Shown here: piece by piece, positions 52,648 through 64,000 of the stretch
Numbering within the stretch: the stretch's first letter is position 1
Layout: the number at the start of each line of letters is the position of its first letter
Position numbers and translations under genes: made by a program
Assembly: GCA_051362555.1 (NCBI GenBank)
Contig: CM120643.1
Location: 11,036,001 to 11,100,000 of the forward strand
Source of the DNA: Lingula anatina
Lineage: Eukaryota > Animalia > Brachiopoda
Direction of reading: 5' to 3'
Length of the DNA stretch: 64,000 nucleotides
Notes under the pieces: model-generated
The model's database searches: none
Told to the model about the DNA's origin: nothing
The model's input: the letters and a program-made list of their open reading frames with translations, nothing else

Positions 52648-53493
52648 CTTGCTCATTGTAGTGCGAGGTGTCTTCCCGAATGCTCACTAGGCAGTAGGAC
52701 ACAATTGGGTGAAGACGCAACAGCATGTGTGGTGCAGACGCAAGGGCGAGCTTTTATGAGGTGTAGAAGCAAGTGCATGCTTCGTAAGTATTACTTTTTC
52801 TTCAGTGATCTATGACATTAGATGGAAAAAGCGTAGAAGAATGCAAGAAAATTTACGTCAAGTATATATGTTACAACTCTTTGTTATACTTTGCTTGTCG
52901 TTTTTGTTACTCAGTATGTAGGTCCTATATATTAGCTAGCGTATTAGTACATGTAGATGGGCATATTACTTCAAAGATCACGGACTATTTTAGGTGCTAA
53001 TACCGTTCTTGTCACAGTTCTGAATTTTTGACCCATCAACATGTACATAAATTAAATAGAGAGTTTATCAAAAATTCAAACATTTATTTTACGACAATCA
53101 CGATAGTTTGAAAGAAATAAAATACCCTTTTGATTTAAATTATCTTATGGTTACTTTTGTCTCTTTGAAGTTTCATTTCATTTCTTTAATTCAGTTTTTG
53201 TAGGTTTGTTTATTTTATCATACACGTATCCGTAAAAATGATTGTAAGCTATGTTGAAAAAACTGAAAATTAATAGAGAAATACAGTATGGTCCCCAAAC
53301 GTGTGATGCATAGCGATTTTAGATATTACAAGATTAAATAGGAGGTAAAATAAATAAACGTCCCTTGTAATAACCTCCACAAATTAAACAAATATGTTCA
53401 ATGTTTTTCTTTTTCAAAGCATGGTGTCTCAAATACCTTTATCATTAACTTAAGGTTTTAATTTTGGCGTAAGGTAACTTTGATGTCGATTGC

Positions 53494-55320
53494 TTTTTTA
53501 TGTACAGACACAGATGTGCCTGTACTTATTGCCGTCACCTGCGTCTGTTGTCGCCGTCGTCGCCATGCACTTTCACCGATAACACGATAAGTGAAAAACC
53601 ATTTTACTTTTTGGCTTGAAACTTCCAGAACTAATGAATATTCATAATCCGCAGGTCAAGTTCGAAAATCAGCATGATTGGGTCATTTTTACGTAAGTGA
53701 TGCTGTTTTTTTTTCACTTTTTTTCAGCGTATATGTAACACCGATAACACAATTAGTGGAAATCCGTTTTACCTTTTGGCTTAAAACTTACAGAACTGAT
53801 GAATATTCATAATACGCAGGACAAGTTTGAAAATCAGCATGATTGGACCATTTTTTTTTCTTTCTTCAGCATATATGTAACACTGATAACACATTTCAGC
53901 TGATAAGCAATTGTTTTGCAATTTACAGGAGTGATCAATCTTACTTAAATACAGTTTGGGTTTGAAAACCAGCTTGATTGGTTCAGTTTTGATGAAGTTA
54001 TGCCCTTTTTTGTATATAAGTGTTTTTTCCTCAGATTCTCAGGCATGTTAATAGTCTCATTATTAAACTAATTAGATGCGTAAAAGAGTTCTTTTGACAT
54101 TTTCTGCATCTTAACATCATTGTTAGTTGATTATATAAAAATGTCAAAAATGGAAATAAACTCATGAGTCATATCATTGAAGTTTGTCAAATTCAATCAT
54201 TTACTACGTTCAGAATCTCAGAATAGAGCAAATTGGACATTTAAAATTGTTCCATTGATATTTTTCCCCATGTCAACAATTATCATAGATGATCATATTA
54301 ACATGACAGTAAATGGATCATTTTGCTTTATATAAAGTGTTGAAAATGGCAAGAAATGCATTTCAGTAGTGGTCAGTCTGTAATTGTCCCTTGGGTAATC
54401 ACTAGTGAACTTCAGAGCTATTACATCACTTGCCTAATTAAGTTTCAAGTGACCATTAAATGAGATTACATAAAACACACATGTTGTGATTTCCCTGTAA
54501 ACTCCCATCAGTTTAGCTCTCTGCCAGATACAGTTTGTGAAAGTCTAAATCATTAGTGTCGTGTAATTTATAATCAGTGATAATTATGTAGGTAAATATT
54601 GTTTAATATTGCAAATAAGATTACAGAAGAAAAAACTATTTTGTGTAATGCCAACATTAATGCTATAGATGAATAACAGTGCTTTATTATCCTCAAACTC
54701 AATGGGGTTATTAATATCATGTTAATACAGCTGGATTAAAAGTATATATAGCATCTTTATTAGTATATTTTTTTCTTTTTTAATCTTAAATTTTTTAAAC
54801 ACTGGCATTTTCAAATGTGACTTAACTCCCATCCACCTGGCCCTGGTTTCAGAAAAAAACTTCAGTTCCCTGGCTTAGTTGATTAGGATTTCCAAGAGAG
54901 TGCTTTTACACTGCTCCCAGTAGGGTAAGATGTGACCATGTAACCTTGGTAATTAAGTTCTTAGCCAGGGAAATTGACAAGTTTTTGTGAAACATGGGGG
55001 CCTGAACCTCTGTACATTTTATGTATTTCCACATAAGCTATAATATTGGTGTTAATGCAGTTAAATATTATATAATATTGTTTTGCACTGTCATAATTTT
55101 TCACATGTTGGTATTTTCATTATGTGAATTTGAACTCTCATGGTCACGAAACTGTAATCTTAGTGACCATCTTACCTGTTGTGCACGATTAGAATTTAGT
55201 GTTGACTTTGCTGTCACAAGTATTATTTATTATTACATCAAAATTGACAAAGTGACCTATATTCTGCGTCCTTATTTTCTGCTTTTTGTCTGTACATTAG
55301 ACGGCTTTGCTGCCTTTTTT
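53494..55320 (+). mobile_element. Helentron-associated (HINE/DINE-like) element with internal ~165-bp tandem repeats
   Basis: T-run + subTIR ATGTACAGACA (53500); GTC-rich microsatellite; repeats at 53575-54000; matching TGTCTGTACAT (55287), then a short hairpin and T-run. Confidence 0.7.
54839..55003. mobile_element. MITE nested in the HINE
   Basis: Inverted ends GGCCCTGGTTTCAGAAAAA / TTTTTGTGAAACATGGGGGCC plus an inner inverted pair. Confidence 0.6.
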
Positions 55321-56454
55321 GTGCTATCCGAGCCTGAACATCGGACAAGTCAGTAAACACCCACATCAGTTCAAGTGCCCTTTTCTTTTTGATGTAAAAA
55401 GCATGTGTCGTATTTCCCGAGCCTGCCGTTTAGTTATATATTGTTAACATTACCTTCTCATTTCAGGAGTCTACTGAGATACTGAGAACTGTACGACAGC
55501 CGCCTGCTAGCAACCAAGTCTTTCGTCCACGTTCTGGGACCCTACGAGCATTCATGCATCTGTTGTATTAAAGTTGAATAAATACATTTGTAATTCCTTG
55601 TTTTTTTTTCACTTTGATATGAAATAATGACAATAGAAATATTAGTAATAATAAAGCGAAAGGGGTAAAATTATAAAGATATGATTACTGTCTGAGCACT
55701 TTTAAGTTTAGTCTGCTAAAACTGATCTGTAAATATTGAGTTTGATTTTTACAGTAACAGAATGTCTTAAATCATGCAGTGTTTTGTAAATAATTGAGTT
55801 TGAGTATTTTAAGAAAACTACAAAATTTTACAACAGCCCACATTTATAAACACAATTTATATGAATTTACGACTCACTTTTGAAAATCTATTCTACATTT
55901 TGTTCTATAGTTAAACGGTTTTTTAATATTTCTTGGAATGAATTAGTTCGTCCTCCCCGATGTCATTTTCATAATTTTATACGGGTCCATTTTTAAAGGG
56001 TTCTGGTTTTTGCTACAGAAAATTGATTCTAATTTTACGCCCTTCTCATCTGATGAATGCTTCAATTTTAAACAAAAATGAGAAAGTTGACACACTTTTT
56101 GAAATGGTAACAGTTGAAATCTGCTTCTCCAACAAAACATGGGGTCTGTACATTCTGATATTTTTTAAAGAATGAAAATAATATAAAAAATATATTGATC
56201 CTTTAGTTTTGTGACGTATATTTATTTCCAAATAGTCCCAAATGCACAGACAAAAATATAGCATTAAACTGTGGAAATGAAAATTTTTAGACCAAACATT
56301 TAATGTCTATTTCTGCATTATACAAGTTTATATCATCCAAATACTTTGGTAACGTTATTAAAAATGTGTTCTTTATACACTTAATTACAGTGGCATTAAA
56401 ATGTAATTTTGTGATTATTTAACTTGCACCTCAAGTGGGAATAAATTGCCCCAC

Positions 56455-56975
56455 ATGCCATCCCTCATTTGGAATGGACTCACCCTACCTGTCACCCTTC
56501 AAATTGAATGGACTCGCCCTACCTGTCACCCCTCAAATTGAATGGACTCGCCCCACCTGTCACCCCTCAAATGAAATGGACTCGCCCCACCTGTCACCCC
56601 TCTGACGAAATGGACTCGCCCCACCTGTCACCCCTCTGACGAAATGGACTCGCCCCACCTGTCACCCCCTCTGACGAAATGGACTCGCCCCACCTGTCAC
56701 CCCCTCTGACGAAATGGACTCGCCCCACCTGTCACCCCTCTGACGAAATGGACTCGCCCCACCTGTCACCCCTCTGACGAAATGGACTCGCCCCACCTGT
56801 CACCCCTCTGACGAAATGGACTCGCCCCACCTGTCACCCCTCTGACGAAATGGACTCGCCCCACCTGTCACCCCTCAAATGGAATGGACTCGCCCCACCT
56901 GTCACCCCTCAAATGGAATGGACTCGCCCCACCTGTCACCCCTCAAATCAAATGGACTTGACCCATTTGTCACAC
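56455..56975. repeat. Minisatellite, ~34-bp unit GAAATGGACTCGCCCCACCTGTCACCCCTCTGAC, ~15 copies
   Basis: Direct head-to-tail copies with no unique spacers. Confidence 0.97.
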
Positions 56976-58399
56976 TTAAAAAAGGATTCCTCTCATGTCA
57001 CCCACATCTATGCAATCATACAAACCAGACTCCTACGAAACTATAAAACAAAGTCATTCTAGTGTGATATTTATTTATTTATTTATTTAGAACATCTTTT
57101 GCGACAGAAAATCATGGTGAGGAACTGTTATAAAGATAAATATATGCACACTTAGACTCTAGTCAAACTCTAGGCAAATAATTTTAAAAAATATGAATTA
57201 TTGACATTTGGGAAATGTGGTTTGGACTTGCATTGGAACTTGTTCCTAATACTTTCTCTATTTGTACTGGAATTTCAATACCAGCATTCACGCTTTATAC
57301 TTAAAGAATCCAATATTAAATTTAAAAAGGGTGTTGAGCTAAATTTAAAATTCAAGGAAAAAATATGTCGGCTTTTCCATGGACATTAAAAAATATCATT
57401 AGTACTGTATATTGTGTATACATTTATTGCTGTATACAGGATAGACCAAGGGGCGGCATGCTTTTTTATTTGAGCAGACATGATACATCTTTAAATTGGC
57501 AGATCCAGAATTTATATCAATTTTGTGACATACTACACTGCATAATTCTAATCTTGATTTCAGCACAAAAATGGTTAATTGCAACACTTATTTGTACAAA
57601 TTCAATTTTTCTTTTTGTTTCAATTTGAAGGAACGAAATATATTTAAGATAGAGAAGACTGTAATTAATATTACTTTGGCTTTTATGTCTTAGATCGCCA
57701 TTCACAGGATCAGGCACAGAACACATACAAATTTTAAAATAGAAATGACTCCTACAATGCAAATCAAATTAATGTAAACAAAGTAAATTAATTAATTACC
57801 CGAACTTCAACCTGCAACGTTGTGGAAATGTTACTTTCACCTTCAAGTTTGAATGTTGTGATACACAAATGCTTTAAAAATGTATTGTGGCATTTTAAAC
57901 CCTTAAATAATACGTCATTGCACAATAATAAAATTGGAGAAAGACTGATGAGTTTCAAATAGAATCAGATGCATCCCAATTAACGTATAATTTAAAATTA
58001 AAAATGCTCAATAACTGAGTATAACTTGAAAAGGGAACATGATCGACCACATTTTTGAAAAACATTAAAATATGTTCAAATCTGATATGCACATGGTGTA
58101 GTCCTAAAATTTTTGACATTCACAACAAAAAACGTGTACCATTTTCGCCATATTACATGTGCGCTGCGTGTTGGTTCGAGCACGTCAGTGCGTGCGTGTG
58201 TGCCTGTGCAAGGTTCCAAAATCTGAGGCTTTGGAGGATTCTATCAGTCAGATGCACGTGCATTTTGCAGGCTCACCGCAGAGTTGACAGTTCTGAAAAA
58301 TCAAAATAATGTGTTAATTACGATATTAAAATGATATCCCAATGCAATGCAATTTGAACTGAGATAAGAAAATTGAAAAAAAAAACGCATTAATTTTAA

Positions 58400-59985
58400 A
58401 AGAGTTTATTCAAACCATTCCATAAATCTTACAAATTAAATGCATTACACACACCAGCAATATTAAACTAAAATCACAGCAGGGAAGATGTATGTAAATT
58501 ATCCTGACACTACCGTACACTTGCCTCAGTTTTCTGCGTCACATGCTATATGTAACCTTATTATACATAAAGGGAAACCATACACTACAAGGTGCGTCGG
58601 GGGAGGGGGGGGGGACAAGTTCTGACTGGGTGTGTATATTTATGACAACTACAGTCAACAACTACAACACCGGGCGACTTGAGGCCTTACCTGCGGTAGG
58701 CCTATGTGTAACTGCCCGTAACACTCTTTATTTGTTTTCATTTATGGGGGTCATTTATTTATTTATTATCATTATTTTTTTTTCTTTTACAGTATGTCCT
58801 TTATTATCTCCGCCAAGGAGGTTATGTTTTCGCCCCTGTTTGTCTGTCATGAACATAATTCAAAAAGTTATGGACCGATTTTGATTAATTTTTCAGGAAC
58901 TGTCAGAGGTTGGCCAAGAAAGATATGATTAGTTTATGGTGGTGATCCGGATCTATAATCAATCAATAATCGATAATAATAAAAAAAATGCTGCCTTGGC
59001 AGAGGTCTGCGCTCTCGGAGTGCTTTTCTAGTTTATATATTATTCACACGAACTGCATTTTCCTTTCTTTCACGTTTGGCTTCCTTTGCTTTCTCTCGCT
59101 CTACTAATTATAACGTTACAGGCCACCGCACATACCTAACCGCGCCGTCACATGCCTCTGCCACATAATGCACTAAACAGTTCTCATTCCACTGTATATA
59201 TACGGCTTCCTCTCTTGCTTCTTTTTCGCTTTAATATCAACCACAGAACGGGACAGGGAAATTTCTAAAGATATTAGCTCACTTAGTAGGAGGATAAGGT
59301 AATTTATTTCAAACGTAAACCTCTTTGACTTTAGGTCCTTGCAACGTTTCTGTCTATCCTTTTACAACGATATTAGCTCACTCAGTCAGTGGACAGGTAC
59401 TGTAGTCTATTTTAAGGCTTACGGCTTTGGGTCTTAACAGCGTTTCTGTCTATCTTTTTTCTTACTCATTCCTATGTACTTCGTGTAATTTTCAGTTTCA
59501 TTTTTAGGTTATTTTTCTTGTATTTCTAATTTGTGTCCAATATTTATACATGTACATTTTACGTTACACTTTTGTTCCTTTTACCGGGAGGCCTACTTAT
59601 TATTTTATTTCTTTTCTTTCAGTTTAACGGTTGGTTTTTGGGAATAAATTGAATAAACCAAATCAATCAGTGTGAGTTTCTTGACCGAGTGCAGCTACAG
59701 TACGGTTACCTACATTGTAATATTTAAGGGCGACAACTTAGGAAACCAGTGCATTTACGTATGCACTGTACACGTACTACATTATTGGATCATTTAATTT
59801 CTTTCCACTTGTAAACGCTAGTAGACGATACTTTACTCACAAAACATTTTCTTCAACCGTGGTTCCACCAAACATGTACACAATGGGTCCGAGCTTCAAC
59901 CACACATCATCTTGCAGGTCATCTTGTTACAGGGCCCAGCTGTCAGGTTACCAGCCAGAAGCACAGCTCGCACTGCGATGCATGA
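58400..59985 (-). ncRNA. Putative two-exon non-coding transcript, paralog of the 52650 unit (exon 1 ~59985-59841, exon 2 58545-~58400)
   Basis: GTGAGT donor at 59840; TAG acceptor at 58546; AATAAA at 58410-58405. Patchy similarity to the plus-strand unit. Confidence 0.3.
58800..59054 (+). mobile_element. Non-autonomous Helentron/HINE
   Basis: CTCCGCCAAGGAGG..GTTTGTCTGTC..GATCCGGATC..CCTTGGCAGAGG, 3' hairpin GCGCTCTCGGAGTGC, terminal CTAGTTT. Confidence 0.85.
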
Positions 59986-59986
59986 C

Positions 59987-60004
59987 TTATTGTTATGCAA
60001 ATTA
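59987..60004 (-). promoter_or_regulatory. Second Sox-Oct composite motif (TTATTGTTATGCAAATTA on +)
   Basis: 18/18 identical to the reverse complement of 52630-52647. Confidence 0.55.
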
Positions 60005-62039
60005 CAACTGGTACAGTGCATGGCACATTTTTATTGAAGGGGTAGTTGTGGAAATCGGTCTCAAAGAACGGCGAATCTACAGAATATTATTTTATTATTG
60101 TGACAAAACCATAACCCTGGCTGCATAGACCTATTTGTCACCATAGACCCTATTTCTTAAGGACAACAGTTTATATCAAATCAAAAATTGAAAATAACAA
60201 TGACGATAAAAATAACAACTCAAATATTATTAAAGTGAATGATGCTCATACGGTCGGGGAATAGTGTTGCACGAGATGAAAAACATTTGTACGGTCCCCG
60301 GGCTATCTATTTTAATTGAAGATCTATACATTGCATGCAATCTGGCCCTCTCCGTGACAAGCTAAAATGTTTCCAATTGATTTAAAGCATGCCTACGAAG
60401 TTTCTGCGACTCCGCGGTAACTTCGTTGACTTAAAAACATGCCCCAGAAACGGAAAGCCGCGGAAACGAATGCAGGCTCTCCTGGGTCCGGACAAATTAC
60501 AGTTTGCAATTTTAGATAAAATCCGGTATAGTTTAGGATAAGAGAACGATTTCACAACAATTTATTGCACGTTATCATGATGATGTATGCGTCGTCAATA
60601 ATATTTCCTTTCTATTCTTCACTTAAAGGTCTGTAAAATGATGCTTAAGCGGGGATTGTCAGCAGCTGTTGTACCATACTGGGTGAATCTGTACAAATTG
60701 CAGGCCTACATGTATGCCAACTGCTGTCAGAAACACCCTGGCGATTGCTTTAGTGGAGATCAAGTAAGTTTTTCCCCAAACTATCACTCCTTTTATTAAA
60801 ATGAAATGTATACTGTACTCAGTTTAACTAATTGGTGGTCAAATGATTGATGTTTTTAACACTTGTGTAAAAACCCGTCTTCCGTGGCGAACTGTCAGCT
60901 GTTTTTTCATGTAATTTGCTGATTAAACAGAAAATTAATTATTTGAGCATGTTCAACAATTCACTCTGCCTATTTCCATGTCAAAAAGAACTGGTGTATT
61001 TTTTTCTTTTTGCATAAAGTATTTATAGTAAATGAATAAAATAAGAAAGGAGAAAGAAATTTGGCAGAAAATCCAACGACTTAACATTTTCATAAAGCAA
61101 AGCTTGCAACAAAACCAAAAATAAAATTTTGAAATTCCTGTAACAATTTACATAAAATACTATTGGCATCACGCAACATGTACGTAGTAGCCGAAGGAAA
61201 GATGAACAAATAATGAGTAATGACAAAAGCAACAGTGATTTTAGAACAAATATCTATATCGCAAACAAGCTTATTACACGTAGTCTAGCTCACTTAATAC
61301 AAATCACATGTACTGAAAAACGGGCTTTCTCAGATGACTGTTAACTAGGGCTCATTTTTAATAGGTTTAATTTTCCCACTATTTTTAACAACAAACTACA
61401 TATTAACATGGACAATCAACAATGTGTCATGTTGCGCAGTGTTGAACGACCCGCGTTTAATTGGACGCATATTCAATATCTATCTGCAAGATTTTATTGG
61501 GCTTGACTTTTGACTTTATCCTGTTTAGTGCGTTTATACAACGTATTTAAACAATGTGAGTAAAAAAATTCTAGTTCCTGAACGTAACGATCGGCCGTTG
61601 TGGAACGGCCCTCTGGTTTAATTAATCTCATTTCCCTGCTGATGATCTGTCGACCTCAGATTATTTTTTCAGTTAAGTGCTTTATTTATTTCCCCTCCTT
61701 TGTGATATTTCAAGAAAGGGAGAGAGAAAGAGAGAGAATTCAGAAAATGCGTAAAATATATTATAATATAGCGGGCAAAACTTTGATCTCTGTCGATTTT
61801 TGTATAACGGCCTCTTTCGATCATGAGCTTATGACTTGAGCAACAATAATTTGAAATCATCTTTCTTTGTTTAGAAATTAAAGGTAATAAGTTTTTAAGT
61901 TTAAGGAAATGAAAGGTATCGCTCAGTATCGCTATTCAAAACGATTTTGTAGAGTTTATTACTGATACATTACGATACATTAATGTCAGCGAATAAAGTT
62001 TGTTGTGCACAGTCTGCTATTCTAGTTCTTAATAAACTT

Positions 62040-62430
62040 GACCCAATATTCAATACATTTTAGTCATGTATGACACATAAAGAGGAACTCTACCAAATTC
62101 GCTTAATGCTAGAAAATCTGTCACATTTTGTTTTAAGGAAGCCAGTCTTTTGCAAAAACGGGCATGGATTTGTTCGACTTTTGTGCACTGTTGAAATCAC
62201 CATGGTTCTGCTGCATACAAGGTATATTAAAAGTAGTTTAACAGTTGCATCAAACAGTTTAGAGGCTTCTTGATGGTCATAATATCATAAGTATTTTTGA
62301 CAACGGAATATTCCGTTAGATGCCTTTGTCGCTTGTAATGATAGGCGTTCCTGTGTTCTAGACCATGCTAATCGAAGGGTGAACAGGATTCCTAAGTATT
62401 TGTAACTGGATACGACCTCAGTTCTATTTC
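62040..62430 (-). mobile_element. Decayed LINE ORF2 C-terminal fragment (CR1/L2/RTE-like)
   Basis: EVVSSYKYLGILFT..LAWS..QATKA..KLFDATVK; contains stops and frameshifts. Confidence 0.7.
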
Positions 62431-62918
62431 CTTTATAAGTCCGTTTTTCACATTTTACCTGTAATACACAGTGGCGGGTTTCGATTTCTGGTCCCATCTC
62501 GTAATTACATTTTTACAATCCTGGGCACTTTTCAGATTTGCCCACATATTGCTAATAAACAAATTACATACACACGATCAAAGAATTCTTATATCACTTT
62601 GTTAGAGAATGGTGTAAGTAAACACTGAAAACAGAAACTAAATATCACCACCGAGTCCAAAGTTATGCTAAAGCATAGTCAGAAAAATTACCAAAAAGTT
62701 TTCCCGTTTTAGTCATATGAAACAAAAAGCAATCTGAAATAAACTAAAGCAGTGTTTGGCATAGCATTTTTTTTGGATTATAAAACACTCAATAGCATGG
62801 TAGAAGCAAAAAAAATTGAATATTAGCAGGTATGAGAAGTATCCCAGAAAAAAGTCCTTTAATGGCATGATGGTATTTCCGTTGAAATGTCCATTCCGAA
62901 ACAAAACAAAACAAAAAA

Positions 62919-62953
<35 letters not shown>

Positions 62954-63165
62954 AATAAAAATAAAAAAGGAAAATGAATTTCAGAAAATTTCATAAGGCA
63001 TACAGTATAATAAACTATCCTAATCATTACTTGGATGCATTGGTATTGTTTGTATCAAATAATGAAAGCCTTGTAATGATCCTGGAGCTTGACATCGAGT
63101 GCAAAATAACCCTGCCGTATTTTTTCCGTTAAATTTGTCCATTCCAAAACATTGGGTTTCTCTTA

Positions 63166-63205
<40 letters not shown>

Positions 63206-64000
63206 ATGTTGACACCTAGCCTGTAACAATATACATATATATTTCTATAAAGCCCGGGGCATACAGTATGTTATTTATTTTTATATAAGAAAACTCCCAT
63301 TCAACTGTGTTTTTTTTTTAGATGCCTGTTAAGTAGAATACAAAAAGCTGGTGACTATATGAGTATGTTGGAAACAAGAGGAGGCATATCAATCTGTTCA
63401 GCTGATTGCACTTAGCAAGAGTCCCCGCAGAGCTGGGTTGATCCACACAGACTGATGGTGTGTCTATAGGAATGGGGTCTTACATACATGACAAACAAAA
63501 ACTACAAAACAGTTTCACTTATTTGTTATGTCCTCTTGTATTGGGCATTGCACAACCCAAGCATAATAATAACCAAACCTTCTAGACTACTGGAACCTGC
63601 TCTTTTTGGCTTTAAGCAGTTCTTCTGTTGTGGGAGCAGGAACAGGTGCAGTATTTGGACTGAGGTTCCTTGGGTCCCATGGCTCAAGTTGCATCCGTGC
63701 TGTCATGGGACAAATGCTTGTCAGACTCAATGTCACTGCATGAGACTGTAACGTGGGAATGTAATGATATCTTTATAACTTTTTCCCCTTCTACATGTAC
63801 ACTGGATAGGCCACCCATGCTCTTATGTGCTTGCTAATCCAATTTCCATACCTACAAAGTGAGGATCAAATAATTATAATTATCATCTAGCTACATGTAA
63901 TTATAACTTGGACTTTAGAATGAAAAAAATTTTAATTCTTCCTTTGCTCTTAGATTAATTATCCCAGCAGGCACACAACGTTGAATCAACGTTGGCAATT

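Larger units (their letters stand above)
52650..55590 (+). ncRNA. Putative two-exon non-coding transcript (exon 1 ~52650-52783, exon 2 55467-~55590)
   Basis: GTAAGT donor at 52784; pyrimidine-rich CAG acceptor at 55466; AATAAA at 55577. Paralogous to the minus-strand unit. No conserved ORF. Confidence 0.3.

Noticed and set aside
56455-56975. CRISPR-like array
   Set aside because: Units are head-to-tail with no unique spacers, there are no cas genes, and the context is eukaryotic. It is a minisatellite.
59880-59915. In-frame TGA after MTCKMMCG as possible selenocysteine
   Set aside because: The frame is not conserved in the paralogous unit and no SECIS was recognised.
60638-60768. 42-codon open frame ending at a GTAAGT donor
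   Set aside because: No homology recognised and no compatible downstream exon found in the window.

Overview
AT-rich, intron-rich eukaryotic DNA, probably from a marine invertebrate such as a mollusc (inferred from gene and repeat content). Spliced genes were assembled by hand from GT-AG sites. (1) 429-9359 (+): a ~1020-aa single-pass receptor with a Sushi/CCP ectodomain, Thr-rich stalk and TM helix. Its long cytoplasmic tail carries two charge-complementary 22-aa pseudo-repeats spaced 36 aa apart (HET-s/RHIM-like amyloid motif candidate), a disulfide-less Ig domain, TQT motifs and a C-terminal death domain. This is the most interesting object in the window. (2) 13953-17100 (+): a secreted single-Reeler-domain protein. 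(3) A decayed L1/Tx1 LINE. (4) Two intact tandem copies (-) of a secreted, probably GPI-anchored serine beta-lactamase/PBP-fold enzyme, produced by a tandem duplication whose junction lies inside the LINE; each copy has its own TE insertions. (5) CNBD1 at 42271-49175 (+). (6) A truncated histone H4 orphon. (7) A convergent pair of diverged, apparently spliced non-coding units sharing an identical 18-bp Sox-Oct motif. There are also many MITEs/HINEs and a 34-bp minisatellite. No database searches were run; all family calls come from motif recognition.
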